Part shown: positions 35,711-46,346 of the stretch, in pieces
Layout of the letters: every line of letters starts with the position of its first letter
How positions within the stretch are numbered: position 1 is the first letter of the stretch
Virus record (IMG/VR): IMGVR_UViG_3300032770_000001
Location: 62,001 to 126,000 of that record
Length of the DNA: 64,000 bases
Direction: 5' to 3' (one strand)
Notes under the pieces: generated by a model
The model's database searches: none
Told to the model about the DNA's origin: nothing
Seen by the model: only the letters and a program-made list of their open reading frames with translations
Translations under genes and position numbers: made by a program

Positions 35711-37365
35711 TGCCGAATCCGACAAGAGTTATAGTTTTCAACACAACTGATGCACCCGCTGCTCCGGCGATTCCTCTTCAGACGAACTCCCACCTGATGG
35801 ACATTGTCACCGCAGTAGACGGCGTAATCCAGCCGACACCCGGCCCGTCTGCCGCAGGCGTTCCGGTCGTGCTCAACCCCGCTGGTGTTATCGATCCCAG
35901 CCTGATTAACGCTGGTAGCAAGAACACGGTTGATACTGGCGGTGTGACTAGTGGACAGTTGGTCGGTATCTACGTTCCAACGAGCGGTCCGTACATCGGT
36001 CAACTAACGATTCAGCCAGCGACAGCGAACCCAACAGGTGTTGGTGAGACGGCTCCGGCACCACCGTCTGGCTATCCGCTGGCAGCGGCGGGTTTTGTCT
36101 CAGCATCCGGGCTTGCTGGCACCACGGCAACAGTTTCGTTTTACGGCACATTCAACTACAACGACCCACTGAGTGAGTTTTCCGCATCGTCCATCGGTAT
36201 GCAGGTGTACCTTGCCGACTCCGGCGACGGATCACATGGCGTCGGAGCTATCACCCTAACGCTGCCGAGCGCACCCGGAACGCTCAAACAGGCGGTCGGT
36301 ATCGTGGTCGCCTACAATTCGGGTGTCGTCACGTGCGAATTCGTTCCATCATTCCCCGGCAGCATTCCGGTTACATTCGGTAACGTACTGGCAGGTACCA
36401 ACACAGGTCAAGCTCTCGTGGTCGGTACGGGATCGACTCTATCATTTTCCGGTTCCGGCACCATTAACGCAAATCAGATCACCGGAGACCCGGTCAATAC
36501 ATCCGGTCGAACGAGTGGACAGGCTCTTATTTGGAGCGGTACCGCATGGGCTCCAGCAACAGTTTCGGCGGCTCCGGGCGGTTCTAACGGACAGCTTCAG
36601 TTCAATAACTCCGGCTCTTTTGGTGGGGCGTCCAACAGCAGTGTGGGCGGTACGGGTGCTGTCGTGCTTGGCAACGTCAATGACCCCAGTCCCGTTTCGA
36701 CAACCGCATTTACCGTCAGTGCTTCTGGTGGTATCGCCATCTCCGCTCAAGACTGGTATAGCTCGAACGAAGGTTTCATTGTCGCAAACATGCAGACTAG
36801 TGGTCTGTTGAATGTTCAGGGCATCAATATCCAGAGCAGCATTTCCATCGGGGCAGTTCCGCCGCTAGTCGTTCATGGAGGTAATGCAGGCAGCCCGGAC
36901 ATCGCAGATTTTATTACAGCCGTTGGCGGCACACCATCCAACGTCAAGACCGTTTGGATCGATTACAACGGCAACTTGAACCTCGGCGGCGGTGGAAGCG
37001 GCGGCATCAAGGACAGTACAGGATCACTGGGCACTTCCGGGCAGGCGCTCACAACAACTGGAACTCAAGTTCTCTGGGCTTCCGCTGATACCAGTGTGAA
37101 CATGCGGTCGCAGCGTTTTTCCGCAGGCGCGGTCGCCGCTGGGACTTTTGCCGGGCCGTTCTCGATCACCTTTTCTCCGGCATACGCGGACAACAACTAC
37201 ACCGCTGAAATCAGCGTTGAGCTTGATACTGACGCTGGGTTTGCACCCGTGGTGACTGGTGGGTTTACAAAGCAAGCCGCAGGAGCGGGAATCAACGTGA
37301 CGGTGATGAACAACGACAGTAGCTCACATAACGTGACTATTCACGTAATAGCGAGGCACGACTAA
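35710..37365 (+). CDS. Tail fibre/virion structural protein
   Basis: G/S/T-rich; GQALIWSGTAWAP and PGGSNGQLQFNNSGSFGG fibre motifs. Confidence 0.75.
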   Translation: MPNPTRVIVFNTTDAPAAPAIPLQTNSHLMDIVTAVDGVIQPTPGPSAAGVPVVLNPAGVIDPSLINAGSKNTVDTGGVTSGQLVGIYVPTSGPYIGQLTIQPATANPTGVGETAPAPPSGYPLAAAGFVSASGLAGTTATVSFYGTFNYNDPLSEFSASSIGMQVYLADSGDGSHGVGAITLTLPSAPGTLKQAVGIVVAYNSGVVTCEFVPSFPGSIPVTFGNVLAGTNTGQALVVGTGSTLSFSGSGTINANQITGDPVNTSGRTSGQALIWSGTAWAPATVSAAPGGSNGQLQFNNSGSFGGASNSSVGGTGAVVLGNVNDPSPVSTTAFTVSASGGIAISAQDWYSSNEGFIVANMQTSGLLNVQGINIQSSISIGAVPPLVVHGGNAGSPDIADFITAVGGTPSNVKTVWIDYNGNLNLGGGGSGGIKDSTGSLGTSGQALTTTGTQVLWASADTSVNMRSQRFSAGAVAAGTFAGPFSITFSPAYADNNYTAEISVELDTDAGFAPVVTGGFTKQAAGAGINVTVMNNDSSSHNVTIHVIARHD

Positions 37366-40307
37366 TGGCTGGATTTACTGGCTGGGAATATAACGGCGAC
37401 ACATACGCATCGGGCACGGGCAACGTTTACGCTGCCTCAAGTGTCAATGTCGGGTCTTTGATCTCACCCGGAGCCATTCTTACGGCTAGCGGTACAATTG
37501 CTCTTCAAGGTACGCCGGATTTGTCAGCAGGTGACCAACTTTTCCTTTCAGGAAATTGGATAGTTACCAACACCACACCTGTGACTTCTGGGTCTGCCAC
37601 GGGTTTGTCCTCCATCGTTACCTACGACGGTCAAACAGCATCATCGACATCGGTAGTTGTGTCCAATAAATTGTTCGCTCAGACATCCGCAGCGACAACC
37701 GATACCATCCAGAATTTGTACGGCGTAGAAGTTCTCGCATTTCCGCAAAATGCCACGAATGTGAATGGGCTTTCCACGGGCATCTTTGTCAATAGCTCAA
37801 ACGCCACGACGGGTAATATCGCAGAATGGGGCTGCGTCAACGTTGTATTTGCGGGTGCAAGTCAAGTGGGGACAGTGGGCACAGCAGCGGCAATTCACAT
37901 CGAGTCGCCCACTGGTAGCTCAACCATTACAGGCACCGACAAGAATGTCGGCTTGTTGATCGACAATCCGATCATGGGAGCGTTCACGAACGGGACTTTC
38001 TCGATTTACGCAACCGGGCAGATGCAGATCAACTCAAACGGCGATGCGACAACGGATATCGCTACGTTCTACGATCCGACGAACGTTTATAACGTCGTGC
38101 AGATTGCTCAGCCGCTTAGCGGAAACGCGGCGGTTGCTATTACAGGCGATACCAATGGTCAATTTGTCCTAAACTGCACCACAAACGCAGGATCGGCGTC
38201 CTCTTTTGGCACAATGTACAGATTTGCGGGGGCTGGGCTGGGCGCTGGAAACGGATTACAAGGCGCTATTTTCACCATGAACCCGCAGGCGTCGAGTGGG
38301 TCTCCGGGTAGTGATTACACCGCTCTTCAAAGCGAGATGTACGTTACCCCAGCCAACGGATATGTCGATCCGAACAACTACACTGGTACAAAATCATACG
38401 TTTTCGCTCATGGCTCAGGGGGAGCGGCTACGGTTTCGGGGTATGTGGCTGGTTTTGGGATGTACATCGTCGCGGGAAGTCCCGCGCTGGCGGATGTGAT
38501 CGACAATGTGTATGGTTTCCGTTCAGACTTCACAGTGTCGTCAAGCTCTACAGTTGTCAACGCGGCAGGTCTGTTTGTGCCTTCTCCCGGAGCCGTGGTA
38601 GCGAATGCTGGAACGATCCAACACAACTACGGTATTTACATTGGCGATCAAACTGTAGCTGGCACTGGACAAAACTATGACCCGTGGGCGATCTATTCAC
38701 CTAGCAATAGCCGTGTGATTTTCGGACCTGCGGATTCTACTCTTCCTAGCTCAGTTCAATTTGAAGCCGCGTCTACGAGTGCTGTCTATCGTTTTGCAAG
38801 TTCCGGTCAAGCGAAGCCATTCTCCGTTGCCAGTGTCACATCGGTTCAGATCACAAGCAATGTGGTCACCCTGCAAGCGGTGAACACCTTCTCCGTTGGT
38901 CAGACCGTTCAGGTTTATGGATTCACGTCGGCGACATTCCTCAACGCGGTGGTGTTGGTCATCACAGCGGCGACTGGTACTCAGTTCTCCGCGAACTTCA
39001 CTCATGCCAACTACGGTCCGACTGCGGAAGGTGGTGCATTCGCTATCGCTGCTGAGTACAGCACGGCATTCTCCGTTCAGTCAGCGGAAGACCCGTCTGT
39101 TGGCGGTCAATACACTTTGAGCGCGATGGAAGCGGTTCTCGGCATCTCAACCGCTAGCGATCTATTCGTGCCAGCAGGGGATGTACCTGTTGTATGGCCT
39201 TCGGGCGGTGTGGTCGGTGGAAACTTCACGGGGAATCATGAGGGTGCGGGTCGCATTTACGGTCAGACTCCCGTACAGACCGTTCAAGTCACTAGCAACG
39301 TACTCACAGTTGTTCCGCAGAGTGGCAACCGTTATTCACCTTGGATTATCGGCACTACGCTAACGTTCTCCGGCTTTACTACAGCAACATTCCTCAACCC
39401 GGCGACGATTACGCAAACTCAAGTCGCGTCCAACGTTCTTACAGTCACTTGTGCGAACAGCTTCGCCAACGGACAGACGATTCTGTTGAAGGGGTTGACT
39501 ACTTCGACGTTCCTGAACTGGCAGGTTGTGACGATCACCACGGCAACTGGCACTAACTTCACTGCGCCGTTCACGCACGCGAACTACGGACCGACTGCTG
39601 ATACCGGGTCTGCTAACCCAATCGCGACCGTTACTGCGTCTTCGTATTCTGGTGGTGGTGCGTCACCGATCACGGCGACCTTCGGAACTCACGCTGACGT
39701 TGGCCTGACTACAGACACGACTGGCGTGATCGTGGGCGGCACATTCCTGACTACCTCTGGTGCAGTCATAACCACGGCAGTCAACGCCTCTACAGGCGGT
39801 ATGGACATGGTGTGCGGTCAGGTTATTGATACAGGACTGCAAGGTCACGCGAACAATGTCTGCGGTACGTTCTATACCCAGATGAGCGATCAAGCCGGGT
39901 ACGCGGACAACCAGTACGCAATCTACGTCCAAGATCAGACGCAGACGGCTCGCAGTCGCAGTGGAAACGTCTGGGCGATTTATGTTCAGGGCGGTACGTC
40001 CCGCTTTACGGGCGTGGCGACCAACATCCAGACGATCACCACGACGTACACAGCTACGGTGAACGATTACACGCTGCTTTGCAACGGTACGTTCACAGTT
40101 ACCCTGCCAACAATAGGCACACTGTTAAGTGGTGCAAACCCACAAGGTGTCAAGGTCGGACAGCTTTTCGTCATCAAGAACGTAGGCACAGGCACAATCA
40201 CAGTTTCCTCGACAGCGAATATCGACGGGGCGACAACCTACACGATAGGAGCACAGTACCAAAGCATCACCGTGCAGTGGGACGGTACGCAATACTGGAT
40301 CATTTAA
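37365..40307 (+). CDS. Tail fibre/receptor-binding protein
   Basis: 980 aa, beta-rich, three copies of a ~70-aa module. Confidence 0.75.
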   Translation: MAGFTGWEYNGDTYASGTGNVYAASSVNVGSLISPGAILTASGTIALQGTPDLSAGDQLFLSGNWIVTNTTPVTSGSATGLSSIVTYDGQTASSTSVVVSNKLFAQTSAATTDTIQNLYGVEVLAFPQNATNVNGLSTGIFVNSSNATTGNIAEWGCVNVVFAGASQVGTVGTAAAIHIESPTGSSTITGTDKNVGLLIDNPIMGAFTNGTFSIYATGQMQINSNGDATTDIATFYDPTNVYNVVQIAQPLSGNAAVAITGDTNGQFVLNCTTNAGSASSFGTMYRFAGAGLGAGNGLQGAIFTMNPQASSGSPGSDYTALQSEMYVTPANGYVDPNNYTGTKSYVFAHGSGGAATVSGYVAGFGMYIVAGSPALADVIDNVYGFRSDFTVSSSSTVVNAAGLFVPSPGAVVANAGTIQHNYGIYIGDQTVAGTGQNYDPWAIYSPSNSRVIFGPADSTLPSSVQFEAASTSAVYRFASSGQAKPFSVASVTSVQITSNVVTLQAVNTFSVGQTVQVYGFTSATFLNAVVLVITAATGTQFSANFTHANYGPTAEGGAFAIAAEYSTAFSVQSAEDPSVGGQYTLSAMEAVLGISTASDLFVPAGDVPVVWPSGGVVGGNFTGNHEGAGRIYGQTPVQTVQVTSNVLTVVPQSGNRYSPWIIGTTLTFSGFTTATFLNPATITQTQVASNVLTVTCANSFANGQTILLKGLTTSTFLNWQVVTITTATGTNFTAPFTHANYGPTADTGSANPIATVTASSYSGGGASPITATFGTHADVGLTTDTTGVIVGGTFLTTSGAVITTAVNASTGGMDMVCGQVIDTGLQGHANNVCGTFYTQMSDQAGYADNQYAIYVQDQTQTARSRSGNVWAIYVQGGTSRFTGVATNIQTITTTYTATVNDYTLLCNGTFTVTLPTIGTLLSGANPQGVKVGQLFVIKNVGTGTITVSSTANIDGATTYTIGAQYQSITVQWDGTQYWII

Positions 40308-40308
40308 C

Positions 40309-42156
40309 ATGGCATATATCGCAGGACGCTCGGTAAACGCACAAACCGGAACAACCTACACGATCTCGAACGGCGATCACGACAGGCTAGTTACGTTTAG
40401 CAATACGTCGGGCGTGGCCGTTACGTTGCCGCAAGCAGGTACCTCCCAGCTATTCCCCGCTGGCTGGACGACCCATCTCCAGAACATTAACACTGGAACG
40501 GTCACTATTACGCCTACGACTTCAACGATCAACGGGCAAACTTCAATCACGCTGTTCTCTTGGCAGACCGCGACGATCACATCAGACGGTACAAACTACG
40601 AAGCGTTCATTCAACCCTTCAGTAGCACGGACAACGCTGCGGTTCTCAGCAGCTATTTGGCAAACGACGCTGGTCCGGGTGCGGCACGTAACCAGATCAT
40701 CGTCCGCAACATCAACACAGGCGTAAACAGTCAGCGCAAAGCGTTCAATATTTACCTTGAGCATGATGGTGCTGCGGCGTCAAATTACGATGCTCTCCAA
40801 GTCAACCACGGCTTCACGGTAGACGCCCACACACCTTTGGGTCAAGGTCACAATGATGGCGTAGAGTTTTTGACTTACGCTGCCGTCGCCAACGCAACGT
40901 TCACGTCAGTTGCCAACGCTTCGGCTGGTACGACGGTGTATACCGGGACGATTCAGAATGGTGCAAGCAACGGACTGGTTGGCTTGACCTACGTCGTTAC
41001 GGGTTTTACCAACGGCGCAAACAATGGCACTTTCCAAGTCACAGCATCGACTTCGACAACCCTGACATTGAACAACGCAAGTGGTGTCGTCGAGACTCAC
41101 GCAGGAAGCGCAACGGCACTCACCACTTTCACATTGACTTCTGTTGCGAACCACAGTGGCTCGACCACGGTTTATACGGGTACGATCCCCAATGGCGGAA
41201 GCAACTTCTATGTCGGCTGGCCTTTTCGTGTGTACGGATTTACCACCGCAGCCAACAACGGATATTTCACATGTACCGCATCAACTACAACCACGTTGAC
41301 GTTGAACAATGCGGCTGGCGTGGCAGAAACAAATCCGGCGAACGCCATCTGGTACTGTGTTGGTCAAATCAATGCCATGAAACTTCGTTGGGGCGCTCAG
41401 CAAGCAGCCAACGTCAACAACATGGTCGGTATTCTGCAATACTTACCGAGTATCGCAGCAACATCCAACATTGAGACCTTTACAGGGTTCAGCCTCGACT
41501 CTCCGGGCGGCGGTTTCGGTGTTTGGAACTGGTATTCCGTTGTAGCCAACAGCAATCTCAATGGTTTGACGCACGTTCAAAACGAAGTTGGTCTCGTTGC
41601 CGGAGGTACATCCAACCCATCCGTATACGGCGCAGGCATTCATGCTCTCGGAAAGAGCGCAGGTATCGTTGTTCATGATGGTACGGCTGTTGGAAGTTTC
41701 ATCGGTCACGGTCTCGTATCAAATGGCCCACCAGCCACTCTCCACGATGGTTGGTATGGCTTCACGGGCTCGCCTGAAGGCGCGGTTTCTGCGAATGTCG
41801 GTTCGATATATTCTCGACAGGATGCAACCATCGGCGATTCGTTTTACCTGAAATCCTCAGGAACAGGTAACACTCTGTGGTCGCCTTCCGACTCTATCGG
41901 CCCGATCAAGACAGTCTCCACGACGTACTCTCTGACGAACTCAGACAGCACGATCAACTGTAACGGAACTTTCACGGTGACACTGCCGAACACGGGTGTT
42001 CCTACAGGAAAGAAATATTGGATTAAGAATATAGGGACTGGAACGATTACAGTCTCCTCAGCGGTTAATATCGACGGGGCTACGACCTTCCCTCTCGGCA
42101 CTCAGTACCAAAGCATTAAGGTGCAATGGGACGGAACTCAATGGTGGATTTACTAA
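40309..42156 (+). CDS. Tail fibre/receptor-binding protein
   Basis: NAQTGTTYT N-terminus, tandem duplicated module, C-terminal domain shared with the upstream fibre. Confidence 0.75.
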   Translation: MAYIAGRSVNAQTGTTYTISNGDHDRLVTFSNTSGVAVTLPQAGTSQLFPAGWTTHLQNINTGTVTITPTTSTINGQTSITLFSWQTATITSDGTNYEAFIQPFSSTDNAAVLSSYLANDAGPGAARNQIIVRNINTGVNSQRKAFNIYLEHDGAAASNYDALQVNHGFTVDAHTPLGQGHNDGVEFLTYAAVANATFTSVANASAGTTVYTGTIQNGASNGLVGLTYVVTGFTNGANNGTFQVTASTSTTLTLNNASGVVETHAGSATALTTFTLTSVANHSGSTTVYTGTIPNGGSNFYVGWPFRVYGFTTAANNGYFTCTASTTTTLTLNNAAGVAETNPANAIWYCVGQINAMKLRWGAQQAANVNNMVGILQYLPSIAATSNIETFTGFSLDSPGGGFGVWNWYSVVANSNLNGLTHVQNEVGLVAGGTSNPSVYGAGIHALGKSAGIVVHDGTAVGSFIGHGLVSNGPPATLHDGWYGFTGSPEGAVSANVGSIYSRQDATIGDSFYLKSSGTGNTLWSPSDSIGPIKTVSTTYSLTNSDSTINCNGTFTVTLPNTGVPTGKKYWIKNIGTGTITVSSAVNIDGATTFPLGTQYQSIKVQWDGTQWWIY

Positions 42157-42535
42157 TATGGCATATAGTGTTGGGGCAATTCAAACCGCGATAGTATCGC
42201 TGTCCGCTGCGGACATCGGCAACCTTTATGCAACGCCGAAGGTGGTCGTTAACGCACCGGGTGCGGGATTCTTTATCTGCCCGTTGACTGCGTATTTCCA
42301 ATTCTACCCCGGTACGCAGCAGTACGGACAGAGACATCTGCCAGTCATCACCGAGATTGCTGGTGACACCGGGAACAGAAACATGGTTGCGCTGTGCAGC
42401 TTTGAAGGCAGCACGGAAATCGGTGCTATTTGGGTTGCGACCGATAATGTGCTGGAAAGAAGCGTCTTGCGCTGAGGCGAAGAAACTCAGCAGTGAACAC
42501 AACAGGGCGAGAACTCCGAAACGGAGCTTTGTCAT
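42116..42535 (-). CDS. Possibly truncated secreted protein
   Basis: AGGAG RBS; signal peptide MTKLRFGVLALLCSLLSFFASA-Q. Confidence 0.35.
   Translation of the reverse strand: MTKLRFGVLALLCSLLSFFASAQDASFQHIIGRNPNSTDFRAAFKAAQRNHVSVPGVTSNLGDDWQMSLSVLLRTGVELEIRSQRADKESRTRCVNDHLRRCIKVADVRSGQRYYRGLNCPNTICHISKSTIEFRPIAP
42158..42475 (+). CDS. Possibly truncated structural protein
   Basis: Structural-like composition up to about 42328, then overlaps an antisense ORF. Confidence 0.35.
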   Translation: MAYSVGAIQTAIVSLSAADIGNLYATPKVVVNAPGAGFFICPLTAYFQFYPGTQQYGQRHLPVITEIAGDTGNRNMVALCSFEGSTEIGAIWVATDNVLERSVLR

Positions 42536-42682
42536 TCTTTGTTTTCTCCTGAAAGGATTTGAAGCTTTTGAGAGGTCGGGAACCGCGCACTCCTTCCCCT
42601 ACCCCAATAAGATAACATCTCTACACCCCCATGTCAAGCTTATTTTTGATAAAGTTAGCGGGAATTTCGGGTATTAAATAAC

Positions 42683-43339
42683 GTGAAGATTCGTGTGGAA
42701 AATCGAGGGCCGAGCCGGAATTTCTACGACCTCCGTGAAGAGTTGATCGACGAAGGCAAGAAGTTTGACGAGGCAACGCTTCGCGTCTTGCCATACGACC
42801 AACTTCAACTGTGTTGCATGGGTAACGCAGGGGACGCCGCATGTACGCCCCGACAGGTAGCGGAAGAGAAAGCATTCCGTCGTGAGCGATTTTTGGCTCT
42901 CGAAGAAGACGAATTCAAGGACTGCGAACGATTCCTGCGTACTGAAGGCATGTACGATGACGTGATGTTCGAGATCGCGGCTCGTAATGCTCCACGATGG
43001 GACGATCTGAATGATCGGCAGAAAGTTTGGGCGAAACTGAATTGCATCTACAACCATGTCGGCAATCCAGAGTCGCGCATTGAAGACACGATTGTGAGCC
43101 TCCAAAAATGCGGAACAACGTGCTTGCCCGAAGACGTGTGCAAGCATTATATTCAGAAGTTGAAGAGTCTGCTGACGGTTTATCCGGGCGGCATCACTGA
43201 CGACTTCTTCCGTACTCAGATCGAGGACATTCGGGACACCATCCGGGACTTCCTGCCGGATGATGAGCAGATGGTTTGCCAGCGGCAACAAATCCGGGAT
43301 TTTAGCTGTACGTCCGATTGCTTCAAAGTTCTAGTGTAA
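42683..43339 (+). CDS. Hypothetical protein
   Basis: 218 aa, preceded by the GTATT motif. Confidence 0.6.
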   Translation: MKIRVENRGPSRNFYDLREELIDEGKKFDEATLRVLPYDQLQLCCMGNAGDAACTPRQVAEEKAFRRERFLALEEDEFKDCERFLRTEGMYDDVMFEIAARNAPRWDDLNDRQKVWAKLNCIYNHVGNPESRIEDTIVSLQKCGTTCLPEDVCKHYIQKLKSLLTVYPGGITDDFFRTQIEDIRDTIRDFLPDDEQMVCQRQQIRDFSCTSDCFKVLV

Positions 43340-43375
43340 GTCATTGATTTTATGGACAATATTCAAGGCGATCCG

Positions 43376-43406
43376 CTACCTTTTTTCGAAGGCGAACAGG
43401 TAGAAT
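43376..43406 (+). promoter_or_regulatory. CTACC-N20-TAGAAT promoter
   Basis: Same spacing as at 27010 and 46298; in-frame GTG 5 nt downstream. Confidence 0.55.
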
Positions 43407-43411
43407 ATAGT

Positions 43412-45160
43412 GTGACTACTGTGACTGCCTCCAAACGCAAGTCGGTCTACGAAACTTCCACGGATATCAAAGACCATTTCCCGTTCGCCGAAGCCCGTGA
43501 CATCCAGATTCAGGCGATGGAGGGCGTGCAGGACACGTTTACCAAGACGAACAAGAAGTTCTTCATCTTCGAAGGCCCGACTGGAACTGGAAAATCCGGC
43601 ATCGGCATCGCGGCAGGTTCATGGGCTAAGACCCTGCCTGTCACACAAAGCACTCGCGGCGAAGATTGCCAGCGGATGCCCGGTGCCTACTTGCTCTCTC
43701 CGCAGAAAACCCTCACGGCTCAGTACATGGCTGACTTCGCCGACATGGGCTTGAAGGAACTCAAGGGCAAATCGAACTACCTCTGCCAAAACTTCACGGA
43801 TAGTGAAACTGGTTTACCGATGAACTGCGAGGACGCAGAGGATGTGTTCGAGGATGACCACAACATCGACTCTTGCACTGGCTACAAGCCTGCTAAGCGT
43901 GCGTTCATGGATTCCCCGCTCGGTGTCACCAACTTCGCCTACTGGTTGAATGAACAGACACACGCTGGACAACTCCCGCAGCGCAATATGCTGATTCTTG
44001 ATGAGGGTCACAACGCAGAGAATCAGATTCTTGGCTTCACGGACACCGTGATCGATCAACGCCGTTGCGATGAGTACAGCGTGGCAGGTGGTCTGCCGAC
44101 GTTCTCGGCTGGTTACAACGAGGACGTAGCCAACTGGCTGACGAACGAATTCATCCCGGCTCAACAGACGTGGCAGCGCGACATCAAGTCACAACTTTCA
44201 GTTGCTCGTGACACTGATGACAAGCCTCTTACCGTGAAGTTGATTCGCAAACTACGTGCCTCATCCCGGTTCATGGAGCGCATCAACCTGTTCATGAATC
44301 AGGAGGACAAGCGGGATTGGCTGGCGTGGTCGGATTGGGATGAGAAAAAGAAAGGCACCTATAAGGGCACGAACAACCTGACGATCAAGCCGCTGACTGC
44401 GACTTTGTTCGCCGACGATATCATGTTCTCGAAGGCCGACAAAATCGTGTTGATGTCGGCGACGATCCTTGATTTCCCGACGTTCATGCGAAACTTGGGG
44501 ATCAAGTCATCGGATGCGACTTGCCTCGCGGTCGATAGTGAATTCCCGCTCGACCATCGCCCGATCTATTACAAGCCCGTGGGCAACATGGGCTACAAAA
44601 CCCGCGAAGCGACCTTGCCGAAGATGGCAGAGTTCGTAGGCAAAATTCTGGCGAAGTATGCGACCCACAAAGGCATTGTTCACACCCATAGCTACGAGAT
44701 CAACAAGTACCTTGTGAAGGCTTTGTGGTCTGACTACGGTGTACGCATCATCACGCACGACAACAAGCCGGGAAGCCGCGACCGTGCGGTTCTGGATCAC
44801 ATCGCAAGCGACCGCCCGACCGTACTATTCTCTCCGTCGATGACCGAAGGTCTCGACCTGAAAGAGGATTTGAGCCGTTTCCAAGTCATCACGAAAGTGC
44901 CTTATCCCTTCCTTGACCCGTATGTAACAGCCCGTATGGAGCGCGATCCTGCGTGGTATCAGTGGCTCACGGCCCTGACGCTGGTGCAGGCGACTGGTCG
45001 TTCGGTGCGCAGCAAAACGGACAAGGCGCACACCTACATTCTGGATTCAGGTTTTGCCGACTTCTATTGGAAGAATCAACGCACCACCGCCAACAGCATC
45101 GAATTGCCGAAGTGGTGGACGGATTCGATCATCGGCATGACGGCTCCCCGCTGGTTGTGA
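43412..45160 (+). CDS. DinG/Rad3-family SF2 helicase
   Basis: GPTGTGKS, ILDEGHN, MSAT, EGLD and QATGRSVR motifs; ORF is open from 43352. Confidence 0.9.
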   Translation: MTTVTASKRKSVYETSTDIKDHFPFAEARDIQIQAMEGVQDTFTKTNKKFFIFEGPTGTGKSGIGIAAGSWAKTLPVTQSTRGEDCQRMPGAYLLSPQKTLTAQYMADFADMGLKELKGKSNYLCQNFTDSETGLPMNCEDAEDVFEDDHNIDSCTGYKPAKRAFMDSPLGVTNFAYWLNEQTHAGQLPQRNMLILDEGHNAENQILGFTDTVIDQRRCDEYSVAGGLPTFSAGYNEDVANWLTNEFIPAQQTWQRDIKSQLSVARDTDDKPLTVKLIRKLRASSRFMERINLFMNQEDKRDWLAWSDWDEKKKGTYKGTNNLTIKPLTATLFADDIMFSKADKIVLMSATILDFPTFMRNLGIKSSDATCLAVDSEFPLDHRPIYYKPVGNMGYKTREATLPKMAEFVGKILAKYATHKGIVHTHSYEINKYLVKALWSDYGVRIITHDNKPGSRDRAVLDHIASDRPTVLFSPSMTEGLDLKEDLSRFQVITKVPYPFLDPYVTARMERDPAWYQWLTALTLVQATGRSVRSKTDKAHTYILDSGFADFYWKNQRTTANSIELPKWWTDSIIGMTAPRWL

Positions 45161-45161
45161 A

Positions 45162-45446
45162 ATGAGACCCTCTCGTCCCCGGTTCCCGCATGTTCGTGAT
45201 ATCGACTTCACGAGGGCTCTGATTCAGCAGCAAGTGACGATGGATTATCCTCTCAAGGAAGGCTGGCGGAACTCCCAGAAAAACGTCCCGAATTACCGCC
45301 TTGAGGGGCAGACTCGAAAGATTGTGTGGTTGGTCGATATCTACGCCGGAAGCCATTTCGTGATTACGGTCGCGGATCGGTACACGCAGATTTGCAAATC
45401 CGTTCCTTCAACGATTCTTTTTTTGCGGCGGATGCTGAGGGTTTGA
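45162..45446 (+). CDS. Hypothetical protein
   Basis: 94 aa directly after the helicase. Confidence 0.45.
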   Translation: MRPSRPRFPHVRDIDFTRALIQQQVTMDYPLKEGWRNSQKNVPNYRLEGQTRKIVWLVDIYAGSHFVITVADRYTQICKSVPSTILFLRRMLRV

Positions 45447-45629
45447 ACTTCGCACGGATCGCTCGACCGAGGCAGAAGCTTGCGAGTCCACTGAAAATGT
45501 CGTGCAAACGGCACCAGAAATTCACAGTCAGTTGCATGACGTTACCCCTATGTTGGAATTGAGTTTACATTCACTCATGCGTTTCGTATCGGAAAAAGTT
45601 TCACTAACTGGTATTTCTAATTGAGAGAC

Positions 45630-46295
45630 ATGTCAGAACGACCGTTGGTCCCAATTCGAAATGCCGAAGATTTGAAGAAAGTCCTCTTCGTCCAGCGCAC
45701 TGTCACCGAACAGGCGACGAAAGAAATGGCAGCCATTGCCGAATCCGGCGTGGCAAATCCGCTCACCGCTAAGCAGTTCATTGCCGAAGAACGCAAGCTG
45801 CTTGAAAAGTATGCGAACTATCCAACCCTCTCCGAATTCACCGATTCTCTCTCCCTTATGAACGCCTCAAAGTGGGGAGCGACCTTCGGCGTGGCGATTC
45901 TGGTGGGTGGTCTAATCCTCAAAGAAGCTGAGGGACGCCTGCCGCACATGAAGCCCGTTCTCCGGCACATGCTCATGCTTTTGCTCAAGGAACTCTATAA
46001 GCCTGAGCATCGCTACTTAATCGAGCCCCTCGAAAAGAATCTGACGATGAACTCCAAATCCATGTCCAAGAACAATCAGGCGGCAATCAAGCGGCAGATC
46101 GTGATGGAACTGACCGACGTTCTGATTGCGGTCTGCTCTCGATATGGGCTGGTCTCTAAAAAGAACGGCGTGTCAATCACCCCCATTGGTTACCGCGTGT
46201 TACTGCACATGGCAGACGCCCAACGCTTCATCGATGAAGTTTCCAAGGCTCATGGCCGTTTTCAGGCTATAAAGCCAAGATTATCAATGGTTTAG
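45630..46295 (+). CDS. Hypothetical protein
   Basis: About 221 aa, helical. Confidence 0.6.
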   Translation: MSERPLVPIRNAEDLKKVLFVQRTVTEQATKEMAAIAESGVANPLTAKQFIAEERKLLEKYANYPTLSEFTDSLSLMNASKWGATFGVAILVGGLILKEAEGRLPHMKPVLRHMLMLLLKELYKPEHRYLIEPLEKNLTMNSKSMSKNNQAAIKRQIVMELTDVLIAVCSRYGLVSKKNGVSITPIGYRVLLHMADAQRFIDEVSKAHGRFQAIKPRLSMV

Positions 46296-46297
46296 GG

Positions 46298-46328
46298 CTA
46301 CCTTTTTTCGCCTCCTAGCTGGTAGAAT
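46298..46328 (+). promoter_or_regulatory. CTACC-N20-TAGAAT promoter
   Basis: CTACCTTTTTT...CTGGTAGAAT. Confidence 0.6.
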
Positions 46329-46346
46329 ATAGGTACGGAGGGGAAT

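Noticed and set aside
37365-42156. Diversity-generating retroelement or invertible fibre cassette
   Set aside because: The shared C-termini differ at many non-adenine synonymous positions, and no reverse transcriptase or invertase is present in the window.
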